Assembly (NCBI GenBank): GCA_001189345.1
Contig: LFKV01000024.1
Coordinates: 7,534 to 31,533, forward strand
Length of the DNA stretch: 24,000 nucleotides
Origin: Candidatus Paraburkholderia kirkii
GTDB lineage: Bacteria > Pseudomonadota > Gammaproteobacteria > Burkholderiales > Burkholderiaceae
Direction of reading: 5' to 3'
In this document: piece by piece, positions 9,701 to 17,638 of the stretch
How positions within the stretch are numbered: position 1 is the first letter of the stretch
Layout: each line of letters opens with the position of its first letter
The notes under the pieces: generated by a model
The model's input: only the letters and a program-made list of their open reading frames with translations
What the model was told of the DNA's origin: nothing
Database searches by the model: none
Program-made: the position numbers and the translations under genes

Positions 9701-10744
9701 ATGAAGAAGCTCAATACCGCAGTTCTCGCCACCGCCGTCGCCGCCGCGCTGTCGCAGTCCGCTGCTCACGCGGCATCCGCCGCGCCCGTGCTCGAACCGG
9801 CGACGCAGCAGTTCATCGATACCCTCGCCGCGAAGAACGCGCCGCCGATCTACACGCTGTCGCCCGCCGATGCGCGCAATGTCCTCGCCGGAGCGCAGGC
9901 GCAGCCGGTGAAGAAGCAGGCCGCGAAAATCGAGGATCGCGTGATCGAAGCCGGTCCGACGGGCAAGATCGCGCTGCGCATCGTGCGCCCGGAACACGCG
10001 AAGGGTGCGTTGCCGGTCATCATGTACTTCCACGGCAGCGGCTGGGTGCTGGGCGACAAGAACACGCACGACCGGCTGGTGCGCGAGATCCCGAATGGCG
10101 CGCAGGCGGCCGTCGTCTTCGTCGACTACGACCGTTCGCCGGAAACGAAGTATCCGGTGCCGACGAACAGGCTTACGCGGCGCGCGCTACGTCGCGGATC
10201 ACGCGAAGGCGTTCGATGTCGACGCTTCGCGCATGGCGGTCGCGGGCGACAGCGTCGGCGGCAACATGGCGGCGGCCGTCACGCTGCTGGCGAAGGAATG
10301 CGGCGGTCCGAAGCTGCGCGCGCAAGTGCTCTTCTATCCGGTGACCGACGTGAATTTCGACGATGGCTCCTACACCGAATTCGCCAACGGTCCGTGGCTC
10401 ACCCGCGACGCGATAACCGCGACGCGATAAAATGGTTCTGGGACGCCTACGCGCCGAATGCCGCGGACCGCGAGAAGATCACGGCTTCGCCGCTGCGCGC
10501 GAGCCTGGAGGAACTGAAGGAGTTGCCGCCGGCGCTCGTCATCACGGATGAAAACGACGTGCTGCGCGACGAAGGCGAGGCCTATGCGCGCAAGCTTTCG
10601 CAGGCGGGCGTGCCGGTCACCTCGGTGCGCTACAACGGCACGATTCATGACTTCGTCATGCTCAACGCGCTGGCGGGAACGCCTGCGACGCGCGCGGCCG
10701 TCGCGCAAGCCAACGCGACCCTCAAGGCCGCGCTTAAGAAGTAA
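9701..10744 (+). pseudogene. Secreted alpha/beta-hydrolase, HSL-family esterase/lipase. The ORF is open, but the catalytic core is translated out of frame.
   Basis: Signal peptide MKKLNTAVLATAVAAALSQSAAHA and oxyanion motif FHGSGWVLGD are in the ORF frame. The nucleophile elbow RMAVAGDSVGGNMAAAV and ...FYPVTDVNFDDGSYTEFANGPWLTR lie only in the frame of ORF 10005..10430. The C-terminal part (AIKWFWDAYAP...ITDENDVLRDEGEAYA...GTIHDFVM) is back in the first frame. The shifts are near 10165 (-1), near 10185 (-1) and a 14-bp duplication at 10403-10430, a net change of +12. Confidence 0.8.
10403..10430. repeat. Perfect 14-bp tandem duplication (ccgcgacgcgataa x2) inside the esterase
   Basis: Read directly: 10403-10416 equals 10417-10430. 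Removing one copy restores LTRDAIKWFWDAYA. Confidence 0.9.
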
Positions 10745-10757
10745 GCGTGCAGAAGCG

Positions 10758-10782
10758 ACGCTCCCGCCGGGCGCGGGAGCGT
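10758..10782. terminator. GC-rich hairpin between the convergent esterase and GST genes (possible bidirectional terminator)
   Basis: acgctcccgc (10758-10767) pairs with gcgggagcgt (10773-10782) around a 5-nt loop. No strong T-run. Confidence 0.45.
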
Positions 10783-10793
10783 GTCCGCGCCGG

Positions 10794-11400
10794 TCAGATC
10801 GGCACTGTATCCACGAAGGATTGCCGTTGCGAGAGGCGCGCGTAGTACTTGTCGAGATTCGGATGCGCGTCGCGCCAGTTCAGCTCCGGCATGCGCAGGT
10901 CGAGATAGCCGCGCGCAGCCGCACGCGATGTCGGCGAGCGTGAAGCGGTTTGCCGAACACCATTGATTCGAGCCGATTCCGCGCGCCATCGCGCGCAGGC
11001 CGTCGTCGACCTTGCGCCGCTGGCGCGCCACCCATGACTCGCTGCGATGCGCTTCCTCACGCAGCACGCCTTCGAGACGGATCAGCACGGTGGCGTCGAG
11101 CATGCCGTCGGCGAGCGCTTCCCAGCAACGCGCTTCGGTGCGCTCGCGCCGCTCCTGCGGCAGGAGCTTGCCCACGGGCGTGAGCGTGTCCACGAATTCG
11201 CAGATGACGCGCGAATCGAACACGGCTTCGTCGTCCAGGATGAGGCAGGGCACCTTGCCGAGCGGGTTGTAGTCGTGAATTTTAGAATCGGATGCCCAGA
11301 CGTCCTCGAGCAACAGTTCGCAATCGATCTTCTTTTCCGCTATGACGATCAGCACCTTGCGGACGAATGGGCTGGTGTGCGAACCGATCAGTTTCATCAT
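10794..11400 (-). pseudogene. Glutathione S-transferase (YibF-like) with one frameshift
   Basis: MMKLIGSHTSPFVRKVLIVIAEKKIDCELLLEDVWASDSKIHDYNPLGKVPCLILDDEAVFDSRVICEFVD...FTLADIACGCA reads in the frame of ORF 10645..11640(-). It then continues as GYLDLRMPELNWRDAHPNLDKYYARLSQRQSFVDTVPI in ORF 10794..11060(-). The shift is at ~10912 in a gcgcgcg run, and the 607-nt span is not divisible by three. Confidence 0.8.
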
Positions 11401-11560
11401 CTTTTCTTCGCGTTGATTCGGAATTTCAGCGACGATGATCTTAACCGGGCGCACGAGCGAATTACAAATTCGAGATGCCTGTCGCCTGCCAACAACATGG
11501 CCGCGCGAGGACTCCACGATGCGTCGGCATGCGCGGCATGCACGGCCGGCGCCGCTTCGA

Positions 11561-12265
11561 TCATGGCGTGCCGACCGTCGTCGCCGCGCTCGCCGAAGGG
11601 CACGGCAACATCGGCGCGGCGGCCGGTTTGGCGGTCGCACCGGCTTTGCCTTTCGCGGTCGCGGTCGCCGTGCTCGCCGTCGCGGGCGGCAGCGAGGCGA
11701 GGCTGCGCGTGCCGGCCGCGATCGCCGAGGCGAGCGCGTCCACCGCCTTGCGATGACCCTCGACGAGCGCGTCGTAGCCGGAGTCCACGCGCTCCTGCGC
11801 GACGGTCCGGCACGTCAGCACCGTCGACGAACCAGCCGCACGCACGCTCCAGACCGCATCGATCACCGCCTGCAAGCCCGGCCACGATTCGAAGCGCTGC
11901 ACGTTCACCTTCACGCGATACACCGGCACGGATTCCGGCCGCGGCGTGTTGTAGACGTCGATCGTGCCCAGCTGCTGAGTGAGATCGGCGGACAGCGCGC
12001 GCTGCACTTCGTCGGCGGGCAGCGACGCCCAGCGATTTTCCTCCAGCACCTGCACCTGTGCCGGGCTCGTCTGCACGATCAGCTGATTCCGCGTGACCTG
12101 CTGGGGCATGTCCACGGGCGCCAGCTCGAAATAGAACGAAGCGGGCACGGAAGGCACGGGCCGCGCCTCGCCGCCACCGAGCGTGTAGAAGCGGCTCGTC
12201 GGCGAAGCACAGGCGGCGAGCATCCCCGCCGCGCCCAGGGTCAACATCAACGCGCCGAACTTCAT
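11561..12265 (-). CDS. pqiC: PqiC/YmbA-like lipoprotein (DUF330, MCE-transport auxiliary component)
   Basis: Lipobox MKFGALMLTLGAAGMLAAC. The ATG at 12265 overlaps the pqiB stop (ATGA). Body reads RFYTL...FELAPVDMPQQVTRNQLIV...VYRVKVNVQRFE. The Ala/Thr-rich C-terminal tail has uncertain authenticity. Confidence 0.8.
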   Translation of the reverse strand: MKFGALMLTLGAAGMLAACASPTSRFYTLGGGEARPVPSVPASFYFELAPVDMPQQVTRNQLIVQTSPAQVQVLEENRWASLPADEVQRALSADLTQQLGTIDVYNTPRPESVPVYRVKVNVQRFESWPGLQAVIDAVWSVRAAGSSTVLTCRTVAQERVDSGYDALVEGHRKAVDALASAIAAGTRSLASLPPATASTATATAKGKAGATAKPAAAPMLPCPSASAATTVGTP

Positions 12266-13875
12266 GGTTTGTCTCCCGATTTACCGCGCAGCAGCGATTC
12301 CGGATGGCGTTCCAGATAGTCCGCGAGCGCATTGAGCGCTTGAAGCGTCCGCGTGAGCTCCTGCATGGCCTGACGCGTGTCCGACTGGATCGGCGAATCC
12401 GACTGCAGCGTCGCTTGCGCTTCGTTGAAGGTCTTCTTCGCCTGCGTGAGCGTGTCGCGCATTTCGGGGACGACTTCGCGGTCGAGCTTGTCGAACAACG
12501 CGTTCGCGTTCTTCAGCGAGCCGTTCAGGTTGGTGCCGATCTGATCGAACGGAATCTTGTCGATCTTGCGTGCGATGTCCGCGATCTGCAGCTGCAGCTG
12601 CAGATCGTCCAGCGTGTTCGGCACGGTCGGCAGCTCGATCGGGTCCGTGCTGGTGATGACCGTCACGGGTGGCGCCTTCGGGAAGAAGTCGAGCGCGACG
12701 TACAGCTGGCTCGTCAGCAGGTTGCCGGTGCGCAACTGGCCGCGCAGACCGCGCTTCACGAGCAGTTGCAGCATGTCCTGGCTCGCCGACGAGCCCTGCT
12801 CCGGCAACGCGTGCTTGGCGCGCCTGCCGAGGCGATCGGGATAGAGATCGATCGTGACCGGCATCATGAACGAATGCGATTTCTGGTCGTATTGCACGCC
12901 GATGCCCGTGACCTGGCCGAGCACGATGCCCCGGAAGTCGACCGGCGCGCCGACCGACAGCCCGCGCAGCGACTGGTTGAAGTTCATCACGACGTGCACG
13001 GCCTGGCCGTCCGGATCGCGCATGGCGTCGGCCTGATCGGAGGCGAGGCGGAAGGTCGCGTTGTTCTGCGCCTGCGGTCCGGACTGCTGGTTCGGCGGCG
13101 TCTGGAACGCGATGCCGCCCAGCACGACCGTCGCGAGCGATTGCGTGTTGAGCGTGAAGCCGCTCGAATCGAGCCGCAGATCGACGCCGCTCGCATGCCA
13201 CCAGCGCGAGTTGGTGCCGACGTACTGATCGTAGGGCGCCGTGACGAACACCTGCAATATGACGCCGGTGCCGTCCTTGTCGAGCGAGAACGCGACCACC
13301 TGGCCGACCTGCACGCGCCGGTAATAGACCGGCGAGCCGATGTCGAGCGAGCCGAGCGATTCGCCGTGCAGCGTGAAGGTGTGGCCCTTCTGGTCGCCGG
13401 TCACGGCCGGCGGCGCCTCGAGGCCGACGAAATAGCTCTGGTCTTCGGTGGATTTGCCCGCATCGACGCCGATATACGCGCCGGACAGAAGCGTCGACAG
13501 GCCGGTCACGCCGCTGGCCGCGACGCGCGGGCGCACGACCCAGAAGCGCGTGTCCTTCACGGCGAAATCGGTGGCTTCCTTGGTGAGCTGGACGTCGACG
13601 AGCACGCGCGAGTGGTTTTTCGACAGCGTGATGGTCTTGACCGTGCCGATATCCACGTCCTTGAACTTCACCTTCGTCCTGCCGGGCTCGAGGCCCTCCG
13701 CGCTCAAGAAGCTGATGGTTACGGTCGGTCCGCGGCTCGACACCGTCTTCACGACGAGAATCACGCCGATCAGCGTCGCGACGAGCGGAATCACCCAGAC
13801 GAGCGAGGGCAGCCAGCGGCTGCGCGGCTCGATCACCGGCTGCTTCGGGTCGTCCGGACCTTGGGCACTAGTCAT
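12262..13875 (-). CDS. pqiB: PqiB-like MCE-domain protein (intermembrane transport protein)
   Basis: ATG at 13875 preceded by AGGAAAG. N-terminal TM anchor WLPSLVWVIPLVATLIGVILVV, followed by repeated MCE-domain-like segments (VKFKDVDIGTV..., SPVYYRRVQVGQV..., APVDFRGIVLGQV...) and a C-terminal helical region. 537 aa, intact. Confidence 0.9.
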   Translation of the reverse strand: MTSAQGPDDPKQPVIEPRSRWLPSLVWVIPLVATLIGVILVVKTVSSRGPTVTISFLSAEGLEPGRTKVKFKDVDIGTVKTITLSKNHSRVLVDVQLTKEATDFAVKDTRFWVVRPRVAASGVTGLSTLLSGAYIGVDAGKSTEDQSYFVGLEAPPAVTGDQKGHTFTLHGESLGSLDIGSPVYYRRVQVGQVVAFSLDKDGTGVILQVFVTAPYDQYVGTNSRWWHASGVDLRLDSSGFTLNTQSLATVVLGGIAFQTPPNQQSGPQAQNNATFRLASDQADAMRDPDGQAVHVVMNFNQSLRGLSVGAPVDFRGIVLGQVTGIGVQYDQKSHSFMMPVTIDLYPDRLGRRAKHALPEQGSSASQDMLQLLVKRGLRGQLRTGNLLTSQLYVALDFFPKAPPVTVITSTDPIELPTVPNTLDDLQLQLQIADIARKIDKIPFDQIGTNLNGSLKNANALFDKLDREVVPEMRDTLTQAKKTFNEAQATLQSDSPIQSDTRQAMQELTRTLQALNALADYLERHPESLLRGKSGDKP

Positions 13876-14553
13876 ATTTCTTTCCTGACGGTTCGATGTT
13901 GTGTCCCACATGAGGCGCGGGTCGAATTGCATGGATGCGATCATCGTCAGCACGACGACCGACGCGAACGCGAGCGCGCCCGGTCCCGGCGTGATGACGG
14001 CGAGCGACTTGAAGCGCACGAGCGCGATGGTGAGCGTGATCACGAAGACGTCGAGCATCGACCAGCGGCCGATGCCCTCGACGACGCGAAAGAGCGTCGT
14101 GCGCTGGCGCGGACGCCAGGTCGAGCGCCGCTGCACGCTGATGACGAGAAAGCCGAGCGTCACGAGCTTGAGCATCGGCGCGAGAATGCTGGCGATGAAA
14201 ATCACCGCGGCGAGCGGATAGTCGCCGTCGTTCCAGAAGAGCGCGACCCCGCTCATGATGGTGTCGTCCTCGGAGCCGAGAATCGACGACGTGTGCATGA
14301 TCGGGAAGAGATTGGCCGGGATATAGAGAATCGCCGCGCTGATGAGCAGCGCCCAGGTGCGCGCGATGCTGTCCGGATGGCGCCGGTGCACGACCGCGTC
14401 GCAGCGCGTGCAGCGCTGTTTTTCGACGGTGCGCGCAAGCGGTTGCACCAGCCCGCAAGCGTGGCAGGAGACGACGTTCGCGCGCGACGCCGTGGTGAAG
14501 TGCATCGCGGGCTCCCGCGGCTCGTCGGTCGCCGGATCGATGGAATCGTTCAC
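13872..14553 (-). pseudogene. pqiA: PqiA-family half-protein 2. It has no in-frame stop and, as sequenced, reads through into pqiB.
   Basis: The GTG at 14553 overlaps the pqiA1 stop (GTGA). Sequence VNDSIDPATDEPREPAMHFTT...CHACGLV...CTRCDAVV...YIPANLFPIM...GRWSMLDVFV...FDPRLMWD. The expected ATGA-overlapping TGA (13874..13872) is in another frame. The 682-nt span is one nt more than a multiple of three. Confidence 0.7.
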
Positions 14554-15227
14554 GATTTTTGCCTCGCGTCGGTGGGGATGCGCTTGGCGCGCCTGCTGGC
14601 CGCGGAATCGCGCGGGCCGAGCCGGCTCGCGATATCCCACAGTGCTTGCGGATCGAAGCTCACAACGACCGCGAACATCAATGTCAGCGCGCCGAAAGCG
14701 AACAGCGCCGCTTCGGGAATCACGCGCGCGATGCTCACGATCTTCACGAGCGTCACGAGCACGCCGAGCATGAACACTTCGATCATGCCCCACGGGCGCA
14801 CGAACTGAATCCCGCGCAGCAGCGCATTGAAGCCCGGCGGCACGTAGCCCGAGCGCAGCGGAAGCAGCACGTAGAGCAGCGCGACCAGCTCGCACAACGG
14901 AAACAGGATGGTCGAGCAGAAGACGAGAACCGCCATGATCTCCATCTGCTCGTTCCACAGCGCGACGATCGCGCCGATGAGCGTTGTCTCCGAAGTGAGG
15001 CCGTTCGTTTCCAGCTCGACGATGGGAAAGCCCTGCGCGATCACGAAGGTGACCAGCGCGGCGAGCGTCATCGCACAGACCTTGTCGAGCTTCGACGAAA
15101 TGCTGCGATAGAGCAGCGATCCGCAGCGGGCGCACTTCGCCGACGTATGCTGAGGCAGTTCACATTTTCTGAAGAGCGCGTCGCATTCGTGACACGCGAT
15201 CAGATCGTCCGGTTCGTTCGCGTTCAT
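14550..15227 (-). CDS. pqiA: PqiA-family half-protein 1 (paraquat-inducible protein A-like)
   Basis: MNANEPDDLIACHECDALF...CARCGSLLYRS...GFPIVELE...VRPWGMIEVFMLGVLV...FDPQALWD. 225 aa, intact. It is the C-terminal part of track ORF 14550..15938(-), whose N-terminal 237 aa look non-coding. Confidence 0.85.
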   Translation of the reverse strand: MNANEPDDLIACHECDALFRKCELPQHTSAKCARCGSLLYRSISSKLDKVCAMTLAALVTFVIAQGFPIVELETNGLTSETTLIGAIVALWNEQMEIMAVLVFCSTILFPLCELVALLYVLLPLRSGYVPPGFNALLRGIQFVRPWGMIEVFMLGVLVTLVKIVSIARVIPEAALFAFGALTLMFAVVVSFDPQALWDIASRLGPRDSAASRRAKRIPTDARQKS

Positions 15228-15453
15228 GTTGGAAGCCCGAGCCGTGTCGAGCATGTGTGTCGGGCGCCGCGAGGACCGGCTCCGGCGGAGCTCAGCAAGC
15301 GGCGGGCCAGCGCAAATGGTATCAAATGACGAATGACTGGCGGATCGGGCAGAACGCTTTGTGACGTGCGGAATGAAACGGCGTGCCCGCTCGTTAATGG
15401 ATGGATGCCGGAATCCGTCGCGGCTCGTTCCGACTGGTCGCGCACTCATCGAC

Positions 15454-15485
15454 CGTTGCATGCATGGAATAGTTCGTTGCATGCA
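15454..15485. promoter_or_regulatory. Two copies of cgTTGCATGCA (8-bp palindrome TGCATGCA) spaced 21 bp apart in the pqiA1/cytochrome b561 divergent region; candidate operator
   Basis: Read directly: 15454-15464 and 15475-15485 are identical 11-mers. The function is inferred. Confidence 0.3.
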
Positions 15486-15674
15486 CGGCGGGCAAGAGCG
15501 CGGAGGGCGCCTCGATCGGCCGGAAAGCCGCGCCGCGCCTGGCTCCGGGCGTTTCGACCGGTCTTCCGGCGCGCGCTGGCAAATAATCAGCGTTGATGTA
15601 GCATGGCGGCCTTGAATACCCGTCGTTCCTGGACGACAGGCCGAGGAACATCGAACACCCTGGGTGACCGCACT

Positions 15675-16234
15675 ATGGAAAGCAGCGCACACATCGCGAC
15701 GACAACGCGGGAGCAAGGCTATGGCGCCACCGCGATCGGCCTGCACTGGCTGATCGCGTTGTTGATCGTGTGCGGTTTCTATCTCGGCTGGATCATGACC
15801 GACAATACCGGGCATCACGCCGACCAAGCTCAAGTATTTCTCGTGGCACAAGTGGATCGGCGTGACGGTGTTCGCGCTCGCCGTGCTGCGTCTCTTGTGG
15901 CGCGTCACCCACCCGGCGCCGCCGATGCCCGACGGCATGCCGCGCTGGCAGCAGGGCGCGGCGCATCTGACGCATTTCCTGCTACGTGCTGATGCTCGTC
16001 ATTCCGGCATCGGGCTATCTGTACAGCTCGGCGGCGGACCTGCAGGTGGTCTATCTCGGCGTGCTCCCGCTGCCGACGATCATCGGCCCGGACAAGGCGC
16101 TGAAGGCGACGCTGCGCATCGTGCTCAATTACACGCTGCTGTTCTTCGTCGTCATGCACGTGCTCGCAGCGCTCAAGCACCACTTCGTCGATCGCGACGG
16201 TTTGCTCGCGCGCATGCTGCCGTTCCTCAGATAG
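15675..16234 (+). pseudogene. Cytochrome b561 family protein with two frameshifts
   Basis: MESSAHIATTTREQGYGATAIGLHWLIALLIVCGFYLGWIMTD (frame of ORF 15603..15992). Then PGITPTKLKYFSWHKWIGVTVFALAVLRLLWRVTHPAPPMPDGMPRWQQGAAHLTHFLL (frame of ORF 15862..16305). Then VLMLVIPASGYLYSSA...HVLAALKHHFVDRDGLLARMLPFLR (ORF 15986..16234). The shifts are near 15799 and 15978. Confidence 0.85.
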
Positions 16235-16367
16235 GCGCGTTTCGATTGTTTCCTCGCCGTTGGCAGGACATTTCCCGGCGGCTGATTGTTCTCGCGTTCT
16301 TTTGATTTCCAACACCGGTTTATTCCAATGCCGGTTTGCTGGTTCGAACCGTTTGAATAGGGCACAC

Positions 16368-16924
16368 ATGAAAGTGAAACTCAATCGATGGATGCTGGTG
16401 ACGACCGCCTCGCTCGCGCTGGCCGCGGCGGCGCATGCGCAGGTAGACGTGAGCAAGAGCTCGGTGATCGCCACCTCGAAGCAGATGAACGTGCCCACCG
16501 ACGGCAAGTTCAACAAGTTCACCGCGCAGATCGCATTCGATCCGGCGAAGCCGACGGCGGGCACCGCGAACATCACGATCGATACCGGCAGCTACGACCT
16601 GGGCGACGACGAGTACAACAAGCAGGTGCGCGGCACGGAATGGTTCGATGCGGGCAAGTATCCGACCGCGACCTTCGTCTCCAGCGCGATCGCGCCTGCC
16701 GGCGGCAACAAGTACAACGTCACGGGCAAGATCACGATCAAGGGCAAGTCGCAGACGGTCACGGTGCCCGTGACGGTCACGCAGCAGGCGCGACGGAAAC
16801 GTTCGACGGCTCGCTGCCGATCAAGCGCACCCAGTTCGATGTCGGAACGGGTGAATGGAAGGATACGTCGATCGTCGCGGACGACGTCGTCATCAAGTTT
16901 CACATCGTCGCCGCGAAGAAGTGA
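16368..16924 (+). pseudogene. yceI: YceI-family periplasmic protein (paralog 1) with one frameshift
   Basis: Signal peptide MKVKLNRWMLVTTASLALAAAAHA, then ...TGKITIKGKSQTVTVPVTVTQQ in the frame of ORF 16260..16985. It continues as ATETFDGSLPIKRTQFDVGTGEWKDTSIVADDVVIKFHIVAAKK in ORF 16388..16924. A 1-bp deletion lies near 16786 (cagcaggcg). Confidence 0.85.
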
Positions 16925-16981
16925 GCGGCGCTCAACCTTTTTCACGCGTGGTTTGCGTATCTATCTAGTCAGGAGAAAAAC

Positions 16982-17560
16982 TTGAAAAAGCTTTCGATCA
17001 TCGCTGCGGGCGCGCTCGCACTCGGCATGTCATTTAGCGCGTTGGCTGCCGACACGTACAAGCTCGACCCGAACCATACGTACCCGAGCTTCGAGGCCGA
17101 TCACTTCGGCGGCGTGTCGACGTGGCGCGGCAAGTTCAACAAGAGCAGCGGTGAAGTGGTGCTCGACCGCGCGGCTAAGACCGGGACGGTGAACGTGACG
17201 ATCGACATCGCGTCGGTCAACACCGGCAATGCGAAGCTCGACGAGCATCTGCAGAAGAACGAGTTCTTCGATGTCGCGAAGTACCCGACGGCGGAGTACA
17301 AGGGCACGTCGATAAAGTTCGACGGCGACACGCCGACGGAAGTGGTCGGCACACTGACGATGCACGGCGTGACCAAGCCGATCAACCTGAAGATCGAGCA
17401 CTTCAAGTGCTTCGTGAACCCGATGATGAAGAAGGAAGTGTGCAGCGTGGAAGCGACGACGACCTTCGATCGCGGCGACTTCGAGATGGATTACGGCAAG
17501 ACTTATGGGTTCAGCCTGAAGACGGTGCTGCATATTCAGGCCGAAGGCGTGAAGCAGTAA
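16982..17560 (+). CDS. yceI: YceI-family periplasmic protein (paralog 2), intact, apparent TTG start
   Basis: AGGAG at 16971-16975, 6 nt before the TTG at 16982. No in-frame ATG exists between the upstream stop (16922) and this codon. Signal peptide [22 protein letters not shown], with a YceI-like body. Confidence 0.9.
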   Translation: MKKLSIIAAGALALGMSFSALAADTYKLDPNHTYPSFEADHFGGVSTWRGKFNKSSGEVVLDRAAKTGTVNVTIDIASVNTGNAKLDEHLQKNEFFDVAKYPTAEYKGTSIKFDGDTPTEVVGTLTMHGVTKPINLKIEHFKCFVNPMMKKEVCSVEATTTFDRGDFEMDYGKTYGFSLKTVLHIQAEGVKQ

Positions 17561-17577
17561 ATCGGGCGCCTCAAGGC

Positions 17578-17614
17578 AAAGCGGCCGGTCTTCACAAGAC
17601 CGACCGCTTTTTTT
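17578..17614. terminator. Rho-independent terminator between the convergent yceI-2 and secF genes
   Basis: aaagcggccggtctt (17578-17592), loop cac, aagaccgaccgcttt (17596-17610), then a T-run to 17614. One mismatch in the stem. Confidence 0.85.
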
Positions 17615-17638
17615 ACGCCTCGATAAAACGGATGACGC

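Noticed and set aside
11561-11700. Ala/Thr/Pro-rich C-terminal tail of PqiC as a possible late frameshift
   Set aside because: No alternative frame gives a more convincing continuation, and the conserved part of the protein is complete. The evidence is insufficient either way.
12304-14808. Very long antisense or out-of-frame ORFs: 12304..14808(+) 834 aa, 4091..5548(-) 485 aa, 3220..4260(+) 346 aa, 19480..20700(+) 406 aa, 21237..22499(+) 420 aa, 22536..23786(+) 416 aa, 2179..3198(+) 339 aa
   Set aside because: They have Arg/Ala/Gly/His-rich low-complexity composition and no recognisable motifs. Each fully overlaps a well-supported gene on the other strand or in another frame. These are the classic shadow ORFs of high-GC DNA.
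12262-15135. 957-aa ORF that could be read as one giant protein
   Set aside because: Its first ~190 aa are Arg/Ala-rich out-of-frame overlap with pqiA1, which lies in the frame of ORF 14550..15938. Recognisable sequence starts only at the GTG at 14553 (pqiA2) and at the ATG at 13875 (pqiB).
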